This document shows, piece by piece, positions 13,095-26,884 of a stretch of 64,000 nucleotides of DNA. Location: the NCBI GenBank assembly GCA_025603075.1, contig MU626258.1, positions 73,457 through 137,456 on the forward strand, in the 5' to 3' direction. Each line of letters starts with the position of its first letter. The stretch's first letter is position 1. Source of the stretch: Neoconidiobolus thromboides FSU 785. Its lineage: Eukaryota > Fungi > Entomophthoromycota. Under the pieces are notes generated by a model that had not been told where the DNA came from, did no database searches, and saw nothing but the letters and a program-made list of their open reading frames with translations. A program made the translations under genes and the position numbers.

Positions 13095-16000
13095 ATGGCT
13101 GATAAAATAGATCAAAAGCTTATAGTGGATTTCAACACTCTTATTTCAACAAATGAGAAGTTAAGGATATCCTATGTTAATGAGCTAAAAAGTATTGAAT
13201 TTTATTATAAATTTAAAGAGTAAATTAAACACATATATAGCAAAATTAGAAGGCATGAGTGAACCAGATACCGCTAAGGTATTTCAAGGATTATTGTATA
13301 CATACCCTAGATACCTTGATAGACCAAGTATAAATGCAGTATTGGATTTTTGGACGACTGCTTATAAAACTAACTCGGTTTTGATGGCCAATTATTTCAA
13401 AAATGTTGTTGCCAAAGAGGCCACCAAGGTTTTAAAGATAAGTAAAGATAGTGACCAATGGTAATTAAATTAGTATTTTGAAAGTAAAGATTAATATTTT
13501 TTTAGCTTTACGAGCCCAGCTTTCAGTAGATTTGGTTTATTAGTATGGTTTATCCATTATTTTAAGCTTTTATGGAAGAGTTCGCCTTCACCAACACAAG
13601 AAAGCGAGGAGCTTTTAAAGTTTATTTCAAAGCTATTTGATTCTTTATCAAATCCACTATTTGTAAAACAGGGATTGATTCAATATACTTCGAAAGAAAT
13701 TAAGGGTTTAGTTTCCTTAGGTAATTCCTTTGAATATTTACTTTCAGTGGCAACAAAAGAACTTAAAGGTTATCGTGATTTTACTTTTCTTGGTTATTTG
13801 TTAAGAGGAAAAGCCGATGACATTACTGATGCACAGAAGAAGCAGATTTTAGAAGCTTATATAACCAATATAGTTAATTCTAAAACTCCTATTCCAATTT
13901 ATGTTAGTGATTCTCTTGGCGACTTTTTGAAAGGATATGTTAGTGAAGAAATACTTAGAAGTGAAATCAAGCCACCTATGGATAAGATGGTTTTGCGTTC
14001 TCCAGAAATTATTCTTCAAACTATGATCCCCCTTTTTAGAAATCTTTCATTTGATTTAAGTTCAATTCTTTCCAATAATTTAATTGATCAAATACTGTCA
14101 CTTTATCAAAGTTCTAATCCAGCTATTCGACAAAACAGCTTCAAATTACTCAATTTAGTTTGTAAGAAATCTAAAGATGAGGAAAATCTGAAAACAGCAA
14201 GTGATAAATTATTGAAGGCAGCATCAGCAAAAATTGCTTCATTAGAGCATCGTGTTGTATTATATGAGTCATGCTCAGCTTTAATTATTTCAAATAGTAG
14301 CCTTCCAATCACAGCCAATCTAGTTAAAGGAATGATTCCTTTAATAGCAAAAGAGTCAAATGAAAATGGACTTCAAGCTTTGATCGGATCTTTTACAGTA
14401 ATTTTCATAGAGTATTTAAATAATAAACCTTCTGAAAATGATTTGTTAAAATCATTAATAACCGCTTTCGAAAAAGGAATCAAGTCAGATAAACCAGGAA
14501 TTAGAAAAGGCCACTTCAAATCTATAGGAAAAATAGTATTAAGCTGTAAGGAAAATGCATATATTATGATTGATAGTTTAATTTCTCCTCTTTTAAATGT
14601 TTTTACAAAAATTCAAACTTCACCCATAGCATCCTCTACTATTCCTTTAGAGGCATATGTGATTTATATCGTTCTAGAGTATTCTAAAAGCACAAGCAAA
14701 TATAGTGATATTTTAGGAAACCATAATTACGTAGATCTAAAAATAACAACGCCTAAAACAAAAAATGAGACTTGCTTCTTGAATAATGAGAAAGTTTTAA
14801 GCAAAATTGTCTCGAATGAGGATATTGAATGGTTTTTGAGAGCCTTTAACGTTGTTTGTGAAAATTATGATACTTTTTCCCCAGAGACTCAAGAAGCTTT
14901 ATCTCGTTCGTTGATATCAGTTGCTATAAATGTTTCCTCTCAAAACAATATTAATTTGTTATTTTCTGTGGTTAATGAAATTTCAAAAAATCATTCACCA
15001 AACTTTATTCATTTAATCTTAAAAGAGATTGAATCAAGATTGAAAAATGATAGTAGTTTAGTTAAATCACAATACTTGGTAATTAGAAAATTAATGGTTA
15101 ATATATTCTCTTCAATATCCATGGATGAACATAAGGATTTGGGGATCGAAGTGTTGATTTTATCTAATTTCGACAAACTTAAATCGTCAGATGGAAGCTT
15201 CTTGTGGATTACTTTGATTTCCAAGGCAAATTTAAATATCGAAAGCCTTGTCACAGAAAAATCACACAAAATCACACAAGTTATTTTAAGTAACCTTATT
15301 GACGATTCATCTCAAGGTTGGAGAAATGCAGTGTTTGAAGCTATCAGAATGGTGACTTTTATTAATCCAGCAGTGTTTGGAAATGTTTTTATGAGTGAAG
15401 CAATTAAAGTATTTGGTGAATGTGATATTTCAACAATTACTATTGATGATTTAAATATTTGGCAAACTCCAGAAGGGACATTATACAAAGATGTTTTAAA
15501 TAAAGGAGGAAACAATGTCTCAGAGAACCGTAATAGAAAGAATTATGAAGAGGATAAATGGGATAGGGAGGTTCGTGAATCATTAGCAAGAAAAAGCGGG
15601 CAAAACAAACCAGTAAAATACACTAAAGAAGAACAAGAGGCTATTAAAAAGCAGCTGTTAATAGAGTCAAATATACGCTCAACAGTTTCTTCACTAGTAA
15701 ATAAAACTCGAAATGCTTTCTCAATAACTAGAAGTTTGGTTGAAGGTTTAAATATATCAGGGTTCTTATATGACGTTCCACAAACTTCGGAGAACTTGCT
15801 CTCTGAATTAATTGAGAAAGTATTCAACGTACTTAAAGATCAAAATTCTACTTTTATACTCAAAGAAAGTGGGGTTAATACCTGGTATAGTTTAAGATCC
15901 GTTTGTTCCACTGAGATGAATGATATCCCAGAACTAATATGTTATGCTACCCTTAGAAGCCATGATATTAAAGTTCCATCTGAATGGGAAAGCGAACCTC

Positions 16001-19000
16001 TAACTGAGCTCATATCAAGGTTATTGTTTAGATTACAGATGTATAGCAGTCGAGCCAAACTTTCTGCTTCAGCTTTAACATATACCTTACCTCTACTTAC
16101 TGAGATCCTTTATTCCGGCGGTATCGGCTTTGGCCCAAAGAAGTTGCGGAATCAAGCCAAGGACGTCGGGCATGATGATGATCAACCAAGTTCTGAGATG
16201 GAGCAGCTTCTTTTAGCGTTGGAAATCATTGGTAATCACTGCTCTGAAGGTGAAAATGACTCATTCCCAAGACGATTGATATTTTCTTGCTTAATTTATA
16301 CAATAACCTCACATCCTAAGCTCTATAATAGTGCATTAGAAAATTTACTAACTCTTGGAGAGGCTTTAGGTCAAGCATTAAATATTGACTATAAAGATAT
16401 TGAACCTCTTGTAGATGGTTTGTTGCATGAATCATCTAATATACGTAAAGCATGTCTTCAAGCGTTAGAACCAATAGATTTAGCTCCATTTAATGTTTGG
16501 GCAAATATTTTTATTGAGCAATTTGATATTGAAGATAAGGATGTAAACATAAATAAAAGGGAATCCGAGATTGCTTCTTTCTTATGGAAAGGAAATGAAC
16601 TAACAATACCAGATAATTTCGAAAGCACGATGTATAGTTTCCTTGGTCATGAAGTAGAGCATGTTAGAGTAACTGCAGCTTATAGTTTCGGATATTTATC
16701 TCAAACTTATACAGATAAAGTTGGTTCCATGCTTAAGAATATATACTCAATGTATATTGAATTCTCAAAACCTTTAGTACCGGAATATGATAAATTTGGG
16801 ATATTGATCAAATCATCATTGGAAAAAACTGATCCTTATGCTAAGAGAACCTCATTGGGTATAGCTTTAGGGAAGATTGCCATGAATCTGAAACAAGATT
16901 TAATTGAAAGCTTTTTGAATTTTATGATTTATCAAGAAGCTTTAGGTGATTTAAATGAAGAAGTACGTAAAATTATGTTAGATGCATGTTTAATTTTAGT
17001 AAATACTCATGGTGTTAAACAAGTTAAAAATATAATGCCAATCCTTCAAAATTACCTTGATCAACCCGATAGTAAATCTGAAAAACATGATTACATAAAA
17101 GAAGCTGTAGTAATTCTTTATGGGACTTTGGCAAAAGATTTAGGTGATAAAAAGAAAGAAATTTTGGTCATTATGGATAGACTTGTTCAAACCCTTGATA
17201 TTCCATCTGAAAGTGTACAGTATGCTGTAGCTAATTGCATAGCACCCTTGGTTCGATTTATTCCTGATAGATCTTCTGAATTGATTAAGGAACTATTAGA
17301 TAGGTGTTTGAATGGCGAAAAATATGCTATAAGGAGAGGAGCGGCATATGGACTTGCTGGACTTGTTAAAGGGAAAGGAATTAAATCTATAAAAGAATTC
17401 AGTATATTAGCTACTCTTTCTGAAGCAGCACAGGCTAAAAAGCTTGAACATAAGCAAGGTGCTATGTTTGCGTTTGAAACTATGAGTGAAATATTGAATC
17501 GTCTCTTTGAACCATATTTCAAACAAATCCTCCCACTTCTTTTATCTTGTTTTAGTGATGGTAGCGATGATGTTCGTAGAGCAACTCTCAATACTAGTAG
17601 AGTAATCATGAGTAATTTAAGTGAATATGGTGTTAAATTGATGCTCCCAACTTTATTGTCAGGTTTAGATGATTATCAATGGAGAACCAAACGTGGTGCA
17701 GTTGAGCTTTTGGGTTCCATGGCTTTCTGTGCTCCAAAGCAACTTGCCATATCGTTACCTACCATTGTTCCACATCTTATCTTAGTTCTTAATGATTCCC
17801 ATCATCAAGTTAAAAACTCCGCTGATAGTGCTTTAAATAGTTTCACCAATGTTATAAATAATCCAGAAATTAGATCTCTTATGCCAAAGATCATGGAAGC
17901 GCTTTCTGATCCTGATAAAAATACTCAAATGGTCCTTAAAGCCCTTTTGGAAACACCTTTTGTCCATTATCTAGATGCACCTTGTCTTGCTCTTATTGTA
18001 CCAGTATTACAACGAGGATTACGTGAAAGAAGTACTGACGTAAAATGCAAGGCTTCTCAGATCGTTGGTAATATGGCTTCTCTTACTGACCAAAATGACC
18101 TTGTTCCCTATCTTCCCGAACTTATACCTGATCTTAAGAAAATCCTTGCTGATCCAGTTCCCGAAGCACGTGGTACATCAGCTAAATCCATTGGAGCTAT
18201 GGTGTCTAAATTAGGAGAAATTAACTTCCCTGATATAATAGGTGAGCTATTAACAGTGCTTAAATCCGAATCAAGCAGTATTGATCGCTCTGGTGCTGCT
18301 CAGGCCCTTTCCGAAATTTTGGCAGGTTTAGACATTACTCGATTCGAAGGTTTATTGCCTGAGATTATTGCAAATACCAAAAGCTCCAAATACTACATTC
18401 GTGAAAGTTTTGTTACTTTACTCATTTACATTCCAGCCACCTTTGGTTTGGCTTTCAAACCATATCTTCATACCGCCCTTCCTCCAATTATTAATGGACT
18501 TGCAGACGAGTCTGAGTATGTACGTGATGCTTCTTTAAGAGCATCTCAAATTATTATTACAAGTTATTCAGATAAAGCTGTCGATCTCCTCCTTCCTGAA
18601 TTACAACGTGGTATCTTTGAGCCCAAATGGCGTATTCGTCAAGCCTCAGCCCAACTTATGGGAGATTTATTATTCAAGCTTATGGGTATTGCTGGTAAAG
18701 TAGAAATAGATGACGAGGATGAAGAGGATCAAGAAGAAAACGATATGGCTCTGGCTTCTTCAGAAGGCAACCGTAAGGCTCTTCTTGAAGCCCTTGGTAA
18801 AGAACGCCGTGACCTTATTCTTTCAGGTCTATTTATTATCCGTTTTGATGTATCTCCAAAGGTTCGTCAAGTTGCTTCCGCCATCTGGCATATGATTGTA
18901 GTGAACACACCTCGTACTTTGAAAGAAATTTTACCAATATTCTTGGAACAGGTTTTAACTTATATCATTTCCCCACATTTTGATCTTGAGCATATGAGTA

Positions 19001-20681
19001 AGGCTTCCCTCAGCGATTTGGTTAGAAAATTAGGAGATAATGGATTAAAAGAAATCATGCCAATCATTAACCAAAGATTTGAATCAACTGAATTCGAGGT
19101 CCGTCAATCTGCATGTTTGGCTCTCTCAGAAATTATCAATGTCCTTGGTAAAAGCGGTGCTGAAGATTTCTTGGATATCACTACTAATGCTGTTCTCAAA
19201 GCATTATGTGATGAATCTTCAGAAGTTAGAGAGACTGCAACCAAGACTTTCATTAGCTTAAGTAATAGTATTGGCCCAGTAGCAGTCGACTTCATCCTTG
19301 AGTCTCTTTTGAAAGGTTTATCTTCCAAGGGCAATCCAAATTCTTTGGAAGCTTTACGTTGTTTAGTTTCTGTGCGCCCAGGTTTAGTTTTACCTTCTGC
19401 TATAGCACATCTCTGTGTTGCACCTATTACGTTATTTAATGCAAAGGCTCTTTCTTGTTTGATCGAAGAAGGCGGTTCTTCATTAAATAATAGACTTAAA
19501 TCAATTTTAATTCCATTATTAGAGTCTACTAACCAAAATGATACTGATAGTATAGAAGCTATCTCAGAAACTATAGGAAGTCTTTTAGCTAAAGTAAATC
19601 AAAATGGTGTTGACGTTTTGATGGAAACGTTATTTGAATGGGTCTCATCAGAAGAAGAATGGAAGAAAATACAAGCTTTGTCAGCATTATCTACTTTCTT
19701 TATGACTAACGAAGAGGATATAAACGTACAACCATTTGTTGTTGAATGGATGCGTGTACTTGTACCTCTTTATTCCATTAAAGAAGGCCCTATCTTAAAT
19801 TATGGCTCACAAGCATTTTCGAATCTTGTCAAATCACTAGATAAATCTGAACTCGATCAGTTAGTGATTCCATTAAGACAGATCGTTTCAAAAGCATGCA
19901 AACAACTTCCTGCAAATACTAGTTTACCAGGCTTCTGCTTACCTAAGGTAAGTTAATTATATTTTTAATGATATTATATATTTACAAAAATTAGGGCGTC
20001 TCACCTTTCCTCTCCATATATCTCCAAGGATTAATGTATAGTACTTCAGATATTAGAGAAAGAGCTGCCGCTGCGATAGGTTTGGTTTTTTTAATTTTTT
20101 TAATTTCTTAATTTCTAATTTTTATAGGTGAGCTCGTGGATTATACAAGTTCAAGTGCTCTCAGACCATCTATAACTCAAATAACAGGTCCATTAATTCG
20201 TGTTATTGGGGAACGTTATTCTTCAGGTGTACGTGCCTCTATTTTAGATACCCTGCTAAAGATGTTAGACAAAGCTGGGCCTATGCTCAAACCCTTCCTT
20301 CCACAGCTTCAAAGAACATTCATTAAGAGCTTGGGAGATACTTATTCCGAAGCAGTACGTAGTAAAGCATCAAAAGCATTGGATGTTCTTATTGGCATGT
20401 TGCTAAGAGTCGATCCATTGGTAACCGAGCTCATTTCTGGATTCAAAAGTGCTGAAGAAGATACCATTCGTATGAATTATCTTGCTTCGTTAGCTACTGT
20501 AGTTGATAAAGTACTTGATAAAGTGTCACAAAGCTCTAAAGATTTAATAGATGGGTATTTGAATGAAATATTAACAGAGTTAAAGGGTAAGCTATACGTA
20601 TCTATGTTGTAAATTATTTATTAATAATTTTTAATAGGTAACTTAAGAACAACAGCAAAAAGCATATTGGACTCATTATAA
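13095..20681 (+). CDS. GCN1: eIF2-alpha kinase activator Gcn1 (HEAT repeats); multi-exon
   Basis: 2093-aa core ORF with WRTKRGAVELLGSMAFCAPKQLAISLPTIVP, RWRIRQAS-type and ALRPSITQITGPLIRVIGERY motifs. Flanking exons splice in frame from ATG 13095 to TAA 20679-20681. Confidence 0.97.
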
Positions 20682-21483
20682 AAAACTAATCAAATTAGAA
20701 TTGCGGAATACAGAGTGCGAGTGCTAAGATTGAAAAAATAAAGTGACCTTCTAACTTACCTATTCTTATTATCATAATATTTTGAAGTTATGTATTTCTT
20801 GATTATTGAAGATAATACTTTCCCATAACTATTGTCACAAGCTAAAAATTACAAAGCCGAGCCACTACATTTAATATTCTTACTACTAATTAGTGTTATA
20901 ACAAGAAAGTAGTATAGGTATCTAATATCAATGAAATGTTCGTTTCGAAAAAATACAGCTAAGTCTATCATTATGGCTGCTACATATTTTCACTATAGTG
21001 AAATTTAATTATTAAATAATTTATTGAATTTCGTGCTATAAAAATATAAAATATAAATTGAAATCACTTTAAACTAGGCTAAACGAGTTTAATTTGTTAG
21101 TAAAAAAGGAACTATTTTATGCTAACATTTAACTTTTTAGAGAGTTACAATAGCTAATGATAAAATGTCTTCATTTGTTCAAAACATCATTAACTGAAAT
21201 AAACGCAAATTAATAGTAACAAACATTGAGAATACTATACCAAAAGGTATAAAAATTACATAGAGATTGTCTGTAAGAATTAAAATAGACTCAATAAACT
21301 TACCAATCTAAATTTAAAGCATATAATGATACTAATGAAATTGTTTTTAATATTTAGTGTTTTTACAGTTCCAAAAAATTATAAATACAAAAATAGTATT
21401 TTATAGATATTGAATTTATCCTATTTTTAAAATACAAACCATAATAATTAGCCTATATCAGATTCAAAAATATTTAATTATAA

Positions 21484-21583
21484 TATGGTGATGTTTTGAT
21501 TTCGTTACTTTTTCCATCTTTTAAACGCTATTTGAGTGGAAAATTTTTTAGTAAAATTCTTAAATACAAAATACATCCCTATA
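21484..21583 (+). mobile_element. MITE-like dispersed repeat, copy 2
   Basis: TA-TGGTGATGTTTTG...ATACATCCCTA-TA with the shared core. Confidence 0.8.
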
Positions 21584-22805
21584 TGTTTATTTGTTTTATT
21601 TCACAAGACATACTGATTATCAATTATGTGTAAACTATATCAATAAATACATCTTAAACTACAGCATTGTCTTTAAAGATATAAATTGATATATGGATTT
21701 ATCACTAAAAACATAGCAAGCTTGACAATGTTTTAAAGAATTTTTATATAAATAGGCCAAATATTAAAAGATCAACTACAGTAAAAGGAGAGCTTTTTAA
21801 GTTTAGATATGACTTATTCAATTTTTATGAAGACTAATACTATAAATGGTTTGAAAGTTAAATTGATTAATAGTCATTTTAGTGAAAGCGATAGCTCACG
21901 TATACTGGTATTTAGGTTAATTAATGTATTGAAATATTATTAAAACCTTTTTTCTTAATTTTTATTATTTAGTTCTAAATTGGAAGATAAAACTAGTTAT
22001 TGATCGCAGCTATAAGTTGAATATAATCATAAAATTCACTATATTATATAGTGTGTATTTGACAATTTAATCCTAAATATTCAATTTCTACCCCTAACTG
22101 ATATAAATCGATATAAATGCTCACGTTATCTAAAATCTATTGGGAAAATTTTGATATTAGTGAAATTGAAATTTATTAATCATTACAAAAAATAAATTTT
22201 TATTTTTTTATTTTTCTCTTATTTGGTAATTACAAATTAAAATAAATTCAATTCAATAGAAATATGCTTTATTTTTCTTAATTATAAGTTCTCAATAGAT
22301 TGAAACCCATAAATGAAAGTAAGCACGGATTTTAATATAATTAAAGTAGCATTTTAATAGTAAAGTATATTGCTATAGATTAAAATAGGCATATAAAATG
22401 CACAACAGCCATAATCAAATGTATCAAATTTTTGTAAAATATCTAATTTAAATATTGAATAGCTATATAAGTACATTAAGTATTTAGTTACATATTAAAT
22501 TCACTGCCAAATGGATTATGGCTATAAAATAAATATTATTTATAATAATAGCCTAAACAAAACAATCTATTGCTCCTATATTATTCTTATTTATTTTACA
22601 TAAATAGAAATGTATTAATTTTTGATAATAAATTTTATCCTGAATACAGAATAAATTATTAATTTAATATATTTAATAATAGCAGTTTAAAGGCTCAAAA
22701 CAGACCTTGAATATATATAAATAAGAAAAAGCATAATCAAAATAATACAGAAATTTATTAGAAATAAATAGTTAACTTTAAATTATTATATTGTATATAA
22801 TAAAA

Positions 22806-24050
22806 ATGAATTCTTTCTTAACCACTATATTAGTAATTGTAGGATGGATATCTATGATTGCTGCAAAAAACAACGTGATTGTTGGATATTTCACTGAATG
22901 GGGAAGTAATAAAGTTGAAGATGTTGATTTCAACAAAGTAACTCACATCAATTACTCCTTTGGTAAATTTGATGAGCAAGCTTTAATGCCTTCCGTTGAA
23001 AATAGTGCTTTATTAGCCAGTGTCGTTGAAGCTGCCCATAAATCGGATTGTAAAGTATTAGTTTCTTTAGGTGGATGGACTGGAAGTAAATCCTTTTCTC
23101 CAGTTGTTGCTACTGCTGCTACTCGTACCAAATTCGCCACCAATATCAAACAATTCATCGATGCAAATAAATTAGATGGTATTGATATTGATTGGGAATA
23201 TCCTGGTCAAGCTGGTGATGGAAACAAATACGATAAAGCTGATACTAGCAACTTTTTATTGTTTTTAAATGAATTACGTGGTCTCGTTGGAAAAAAATTA
23301 ATTACTATTGCCGTTGGTGCAACTGTTTATGATGGAAGCTCTGATTTGAGTGGATATGGTAAGGTATTAGACTTGATAAACATCATGGCTTATGATATCA
23401 ATTTCTCTGGTTCCCCACAAAGCGGTCCAAACGCTGGTTTAGATTTTGAAGCAGGTAAAGCCGCTCAAACCTCTGTAAAGTCAAGTGTTAAAGCATGGAG
23501 TAGTGCTGGTATTCCTTTAAATAAATTAGTTGTTGGATTACCATTTTATGGTACAATCTCTAATGTTAAAGAAGACTTAAACGAATCTACTGGTATGTAT
23601 GGTACTCGTGTTGAGAACACTGGTAAACCAATTACTTATGCTGAAATCATGACCTCTGCTTTATCTGGAAGTGCTAAGGCAAATACTGGTGCTGGATGGG
23701 TACGTCATTTTGATAAAGTATCTCAAACACCTTGGTTATTTAATGCACAAACAAAATCTCTCATTAGTTATGATGATGCACAATCTCTTAAGGCAAAAGC
23801 AAAATATGTTTTGAGTAACGGCTTAGGTGGTGTTATGATTTGGGCTTTGAATCAAGATTACAAAAGTGAGTTACTAAATTCCGTTCAAATCGTAAAAAAA
23901 CCTTCAAAGGGTGGTAAACCAAAACCAAAAGAGAGAAGTTCTACTGAAGCTGCTATTGAAGTCGAAGAAACAGAAATAAGCGATATTACTCCAGAAGAAA
24001 TTGTAGAACCAGTCGGTCCCATTTCTGAAGATAATGATTCTGAAGAATAA
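22806..24050 (+). CDS. Secreted GH18 chitinase with an acidic C-terminal tail
   Basis: Signal peptide MNSFLTTILVIVGWISMIAA, SLGGW, catalytic LDGIDIDWEYP, INIMAYD and GGVMIWAL motifs. Confidence 0.95.
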   Translation: MNSFLTTILVIVGWISMIAAKNNVIVGYFTEWGSNKVEDVDFNKVTHINYSFGKFDEQALMPSVENSALLASVVEAAHKSDCKVLVSLGGWTGSKSFSPVVATAATRTKFATNIKQFIDANKLDGIDIDWEYPGQAGDGNKYDKADTSNFLLFLNELRGLVGKKLITIAVGATVYDGSSDLSGYGKVLDLINIMAYDINFSGSPQSGPNAGLDFEAGKAAQTSVKSSVKAWSSAGIPLNKLVVGLPFYGTISNVKEDLNESTGMYGTRVENTGKPITYAEIMTSALSGSAKANTGAGWVRHFDKVSQTPWLFNAQTKSLISYDDAQSLKAKAKYVLSNGLGGVMIWALNQDYKSELLNSVQIVKKPSKGGKPKPKERSSTEAAIEVEETEISDITPEEIVEPVGPISEDNDSEE

Positions 24051-24273
24051 CTCTAGCATATTATATATAAAAATATACAATCCTGGCGATTAATAAAAAT
24101 AATAATTTAATCAATTTATGATTTTATAAAATTTAAACTTTTTGATTCAAAAAATATATAAGATTATATGTGAAGATATATAATTCTGATGATTTAATAG
24201 TTATTTAACTAATTTATCTGACTAACCTTTTCATATGAAAAGTATACAATATTATAGAAAAATGAAAGTAAAA

Positions 24274-24355
24274 CGACACCCACAGGATTCGAACCTGCGC
24301 TCCCAAAGGGAAAAGCCTTAGCAGGGCTCCGCGTTAACCACTCCGCCAAGGTGCC
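24274..24355 (-). tRNA. tRNA-Ser(GCT)
   Basis: GGCACCTTGGCGGAGTGGTTAACGCGGAGCCCTGCTAAGGCTTTTCCCTTTGGGAGCGCAGGTTCGAATCCTGTGGGTGTCG: 82 nt, long variable arm, anticodon loop CTGCTAA. Confidence 0.95.
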
Positions 24356-24654
24356 TTCGACCTATTTACTGGTTATTATATATAATATATTAATATAACA
24401 AGTAATAAAATTTAGAATATATTCATTTAAAATACTTAAATTAGCTAATTCAATAGTATAACAGTTAAAAGTTGAATCTATACAATACAACAAAACAAAG
24501 TAAATAAATATCGTGTTTATGGTATTATTTTTATAATCTTGAGTCATAAATATAGCTTTTAAGTTATGCATTAAAATAAAGATCAATTCTAATTTTTTCA
24601 ATATTTTAGTTGATTAAAAAATCGAGAACAGTTTTTTTTTAGCAATTTGTTAAA

Positions 24655-26390
24655 ATGGATCATAAAAAATTAGGAATCTTAGGAGGAGGTCAGTTAGGTA
24701 GAATGATGGTTGAAGCAGGCCATCGCTTGGGACTTAATATAACTATCCTTGACGAGCCTAAAGATTGTCCAGCAAAACAACTATCTGCTTGCGTAGAACA
24801 CATTCATGGTGCCTTTAGAGATGGAGATTGTATTCGTGCACTTAAAGAAAAAGTCGATACAATTACCGTTGAAATTGAACACATTGATTGTAAGACTTTA
24901 TTTGAAATTGAACAAGAAACTCCAGGTTCAATTCATCCTACCCCAAATACCCTTAAAACTATTCAAGATAAATATCAGCAAAAAGTTCATTTAGAAAGGG
25001 CTGGATTGCCTTTACCTGATTTCAAGGAAGTAAAGTCAACCGTGGAAATAGAATCACTAGCTTCTGAATGGGGCTATCCAATCATGCTTAAAGCCAAAAC
25101 TCTTGCTTACGATGGCCGTGGAAATTTTGTTTTAAAAAATTCCAATGATACTTTAAATATGAAAAAAGCTTTATTAGAGCAACCTGATAACTTTTATGTC
25201 GAGAGATGGGTACCTTATGTTAAAGAGTTAGCCTGTATGGTCGTTAGGTCAACTTCTGGTGAAGTAGCTTCATACCCTATAGTTGAAACAATACAAAAGG
25301 ATAATATATGCCATGTTGTCATTGCTCCAGCAGCTATCTCATCAAACATTTCAAACAAAGCTAAGAAAATCTGTGAACAAGCTATCAAATCATTCGAAGG
25401 TGCAGGAATTTTTGGAGTTGAGATGTTTTTATTGCAAAATGATGATGTAGTTGTCAATGAAATTGCCCCAAGACCTCATAATAGCGGTCATTATACAATT
25501 GAAGCATGTCACACTTCTCAATTTGAAAACCATTTAAGAGCTGTTTGTAGTTTACCATTAGGTTCTACATCCTTAAAAGTTCCTTGCGCCGCTATGATTA
25601 ATATCTTGGGTGAATCTGAAGATATGCAAGAAATGCGTGATTCTATTGAGTCTAGTTTAAAAGTTAATGGTGCTACATTCCATTGGTATGGTAAGCGTGC
25701 AAATCGTAAAGGACGTAAAATGGGTCATGTAACTGTAGTTGCTAATGATGAAAGAGAGTTGAAGGATAGAGTTGCCCATCTTTTAGCTGGAATTCCAGGA
25801 AATGAAGATCCGGAAGGCTCTGCAGAAAAGTTTATAAAATTAAAACCAGAAGTAGGTGTGATTATGGGATCCGATTCTGATCTCCCAGTAATGAAAGCAG
25901 CAGCTACTATTTTAGAAGATTTTGGTGTACCATTTGAACTTACTATTGTATCTGCTCATAGAACCCCAGATAGAATGATGGATTATGCTCGTGAAGCTCA
26001 TAAAAGGGGTATTAAAACAATTATAGCAGCTGCTGGTGGGGCTGCTCATCTTCCTGGTATGGTTGCTAGTATGACACCACTTCCAGTTATTGGTGTGCCT
26101 ATTGCTCTTAAGCATCTTGATGGAGTTGATTCATTACACTCAATTGTTCAAATGCCAGTATGTTTTTTTATATATTATTATTTATGTATTTATTCATTTT
26201 TTAGAGAGGAGTTCCATGCGCTACTGTAGCAATCAATAACTCGACCAATGCTGCTCTTTTGGCTATAAGAATTTTAGGTTCATTCAACTCAGCATACTTG
26301 GATCAAATGTTGGTTTATCAACAACAAATGAAAGACCAAGTATTGAAGAAAGTTGATACGCTTGAAGAAAAAGGCTGGAAGGATTATTAG
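24655..26390 (+). CDS. ADE2: Phosphoribosylaminoimidazole carboxylase (PurK-PurE fusion); one intron at about 26158..26205
   Basis: [36 protein letters not shown] and SAHRTP motifs. Splice joins QMP to [20 protein letters not shown]. Confidence 0.97.
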
Positions 26391-26884
26391 ACCATTTATC
26401 AAATATCATAGAATCTTTAGTAAAACATTAGACTGATATTGAGATTTCGACAATTATCAAACTTTTTTATTAAGATTGAATTTTGAAATAGCTTTTTAAT
26501 TTTCTTATATCTAAATATATTTGTTATTTTTAAATAGCTAATTGATGCTTAATTTGATTTTATGAAATACAAATCCTTGTTTTTAAAAACTAATACAAGT
26601 ATTATTGTATTTCTTTTTGAATATTCAATATATAATATAATGAATCCATAACACATAAATAACAATGATTCGAACCCAATCAAATATATATTGATATTTA
26701 AGACAATAAAGACAAAATTGTTTGGTTACCTCTATTAAAATAGTATTAAATACAACAAATATTAGGAAATAGATGAGAAGATTAAACACTTATAAAAGAT
26801 AACAGGTTAAAAATCAAGGCTATAAAATTCAAACCATAATTGCCAATAGAATATTACTTAGACTTGAAATTTTATTCTCTAAAC

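Noticed and set aside
14106-19334. Antisense or alternative-frame ORFs within GCN1 (also those within the chitinase, ADE2 and SSK2)
   Set aside because: Shadow ORFs of long coding regions.
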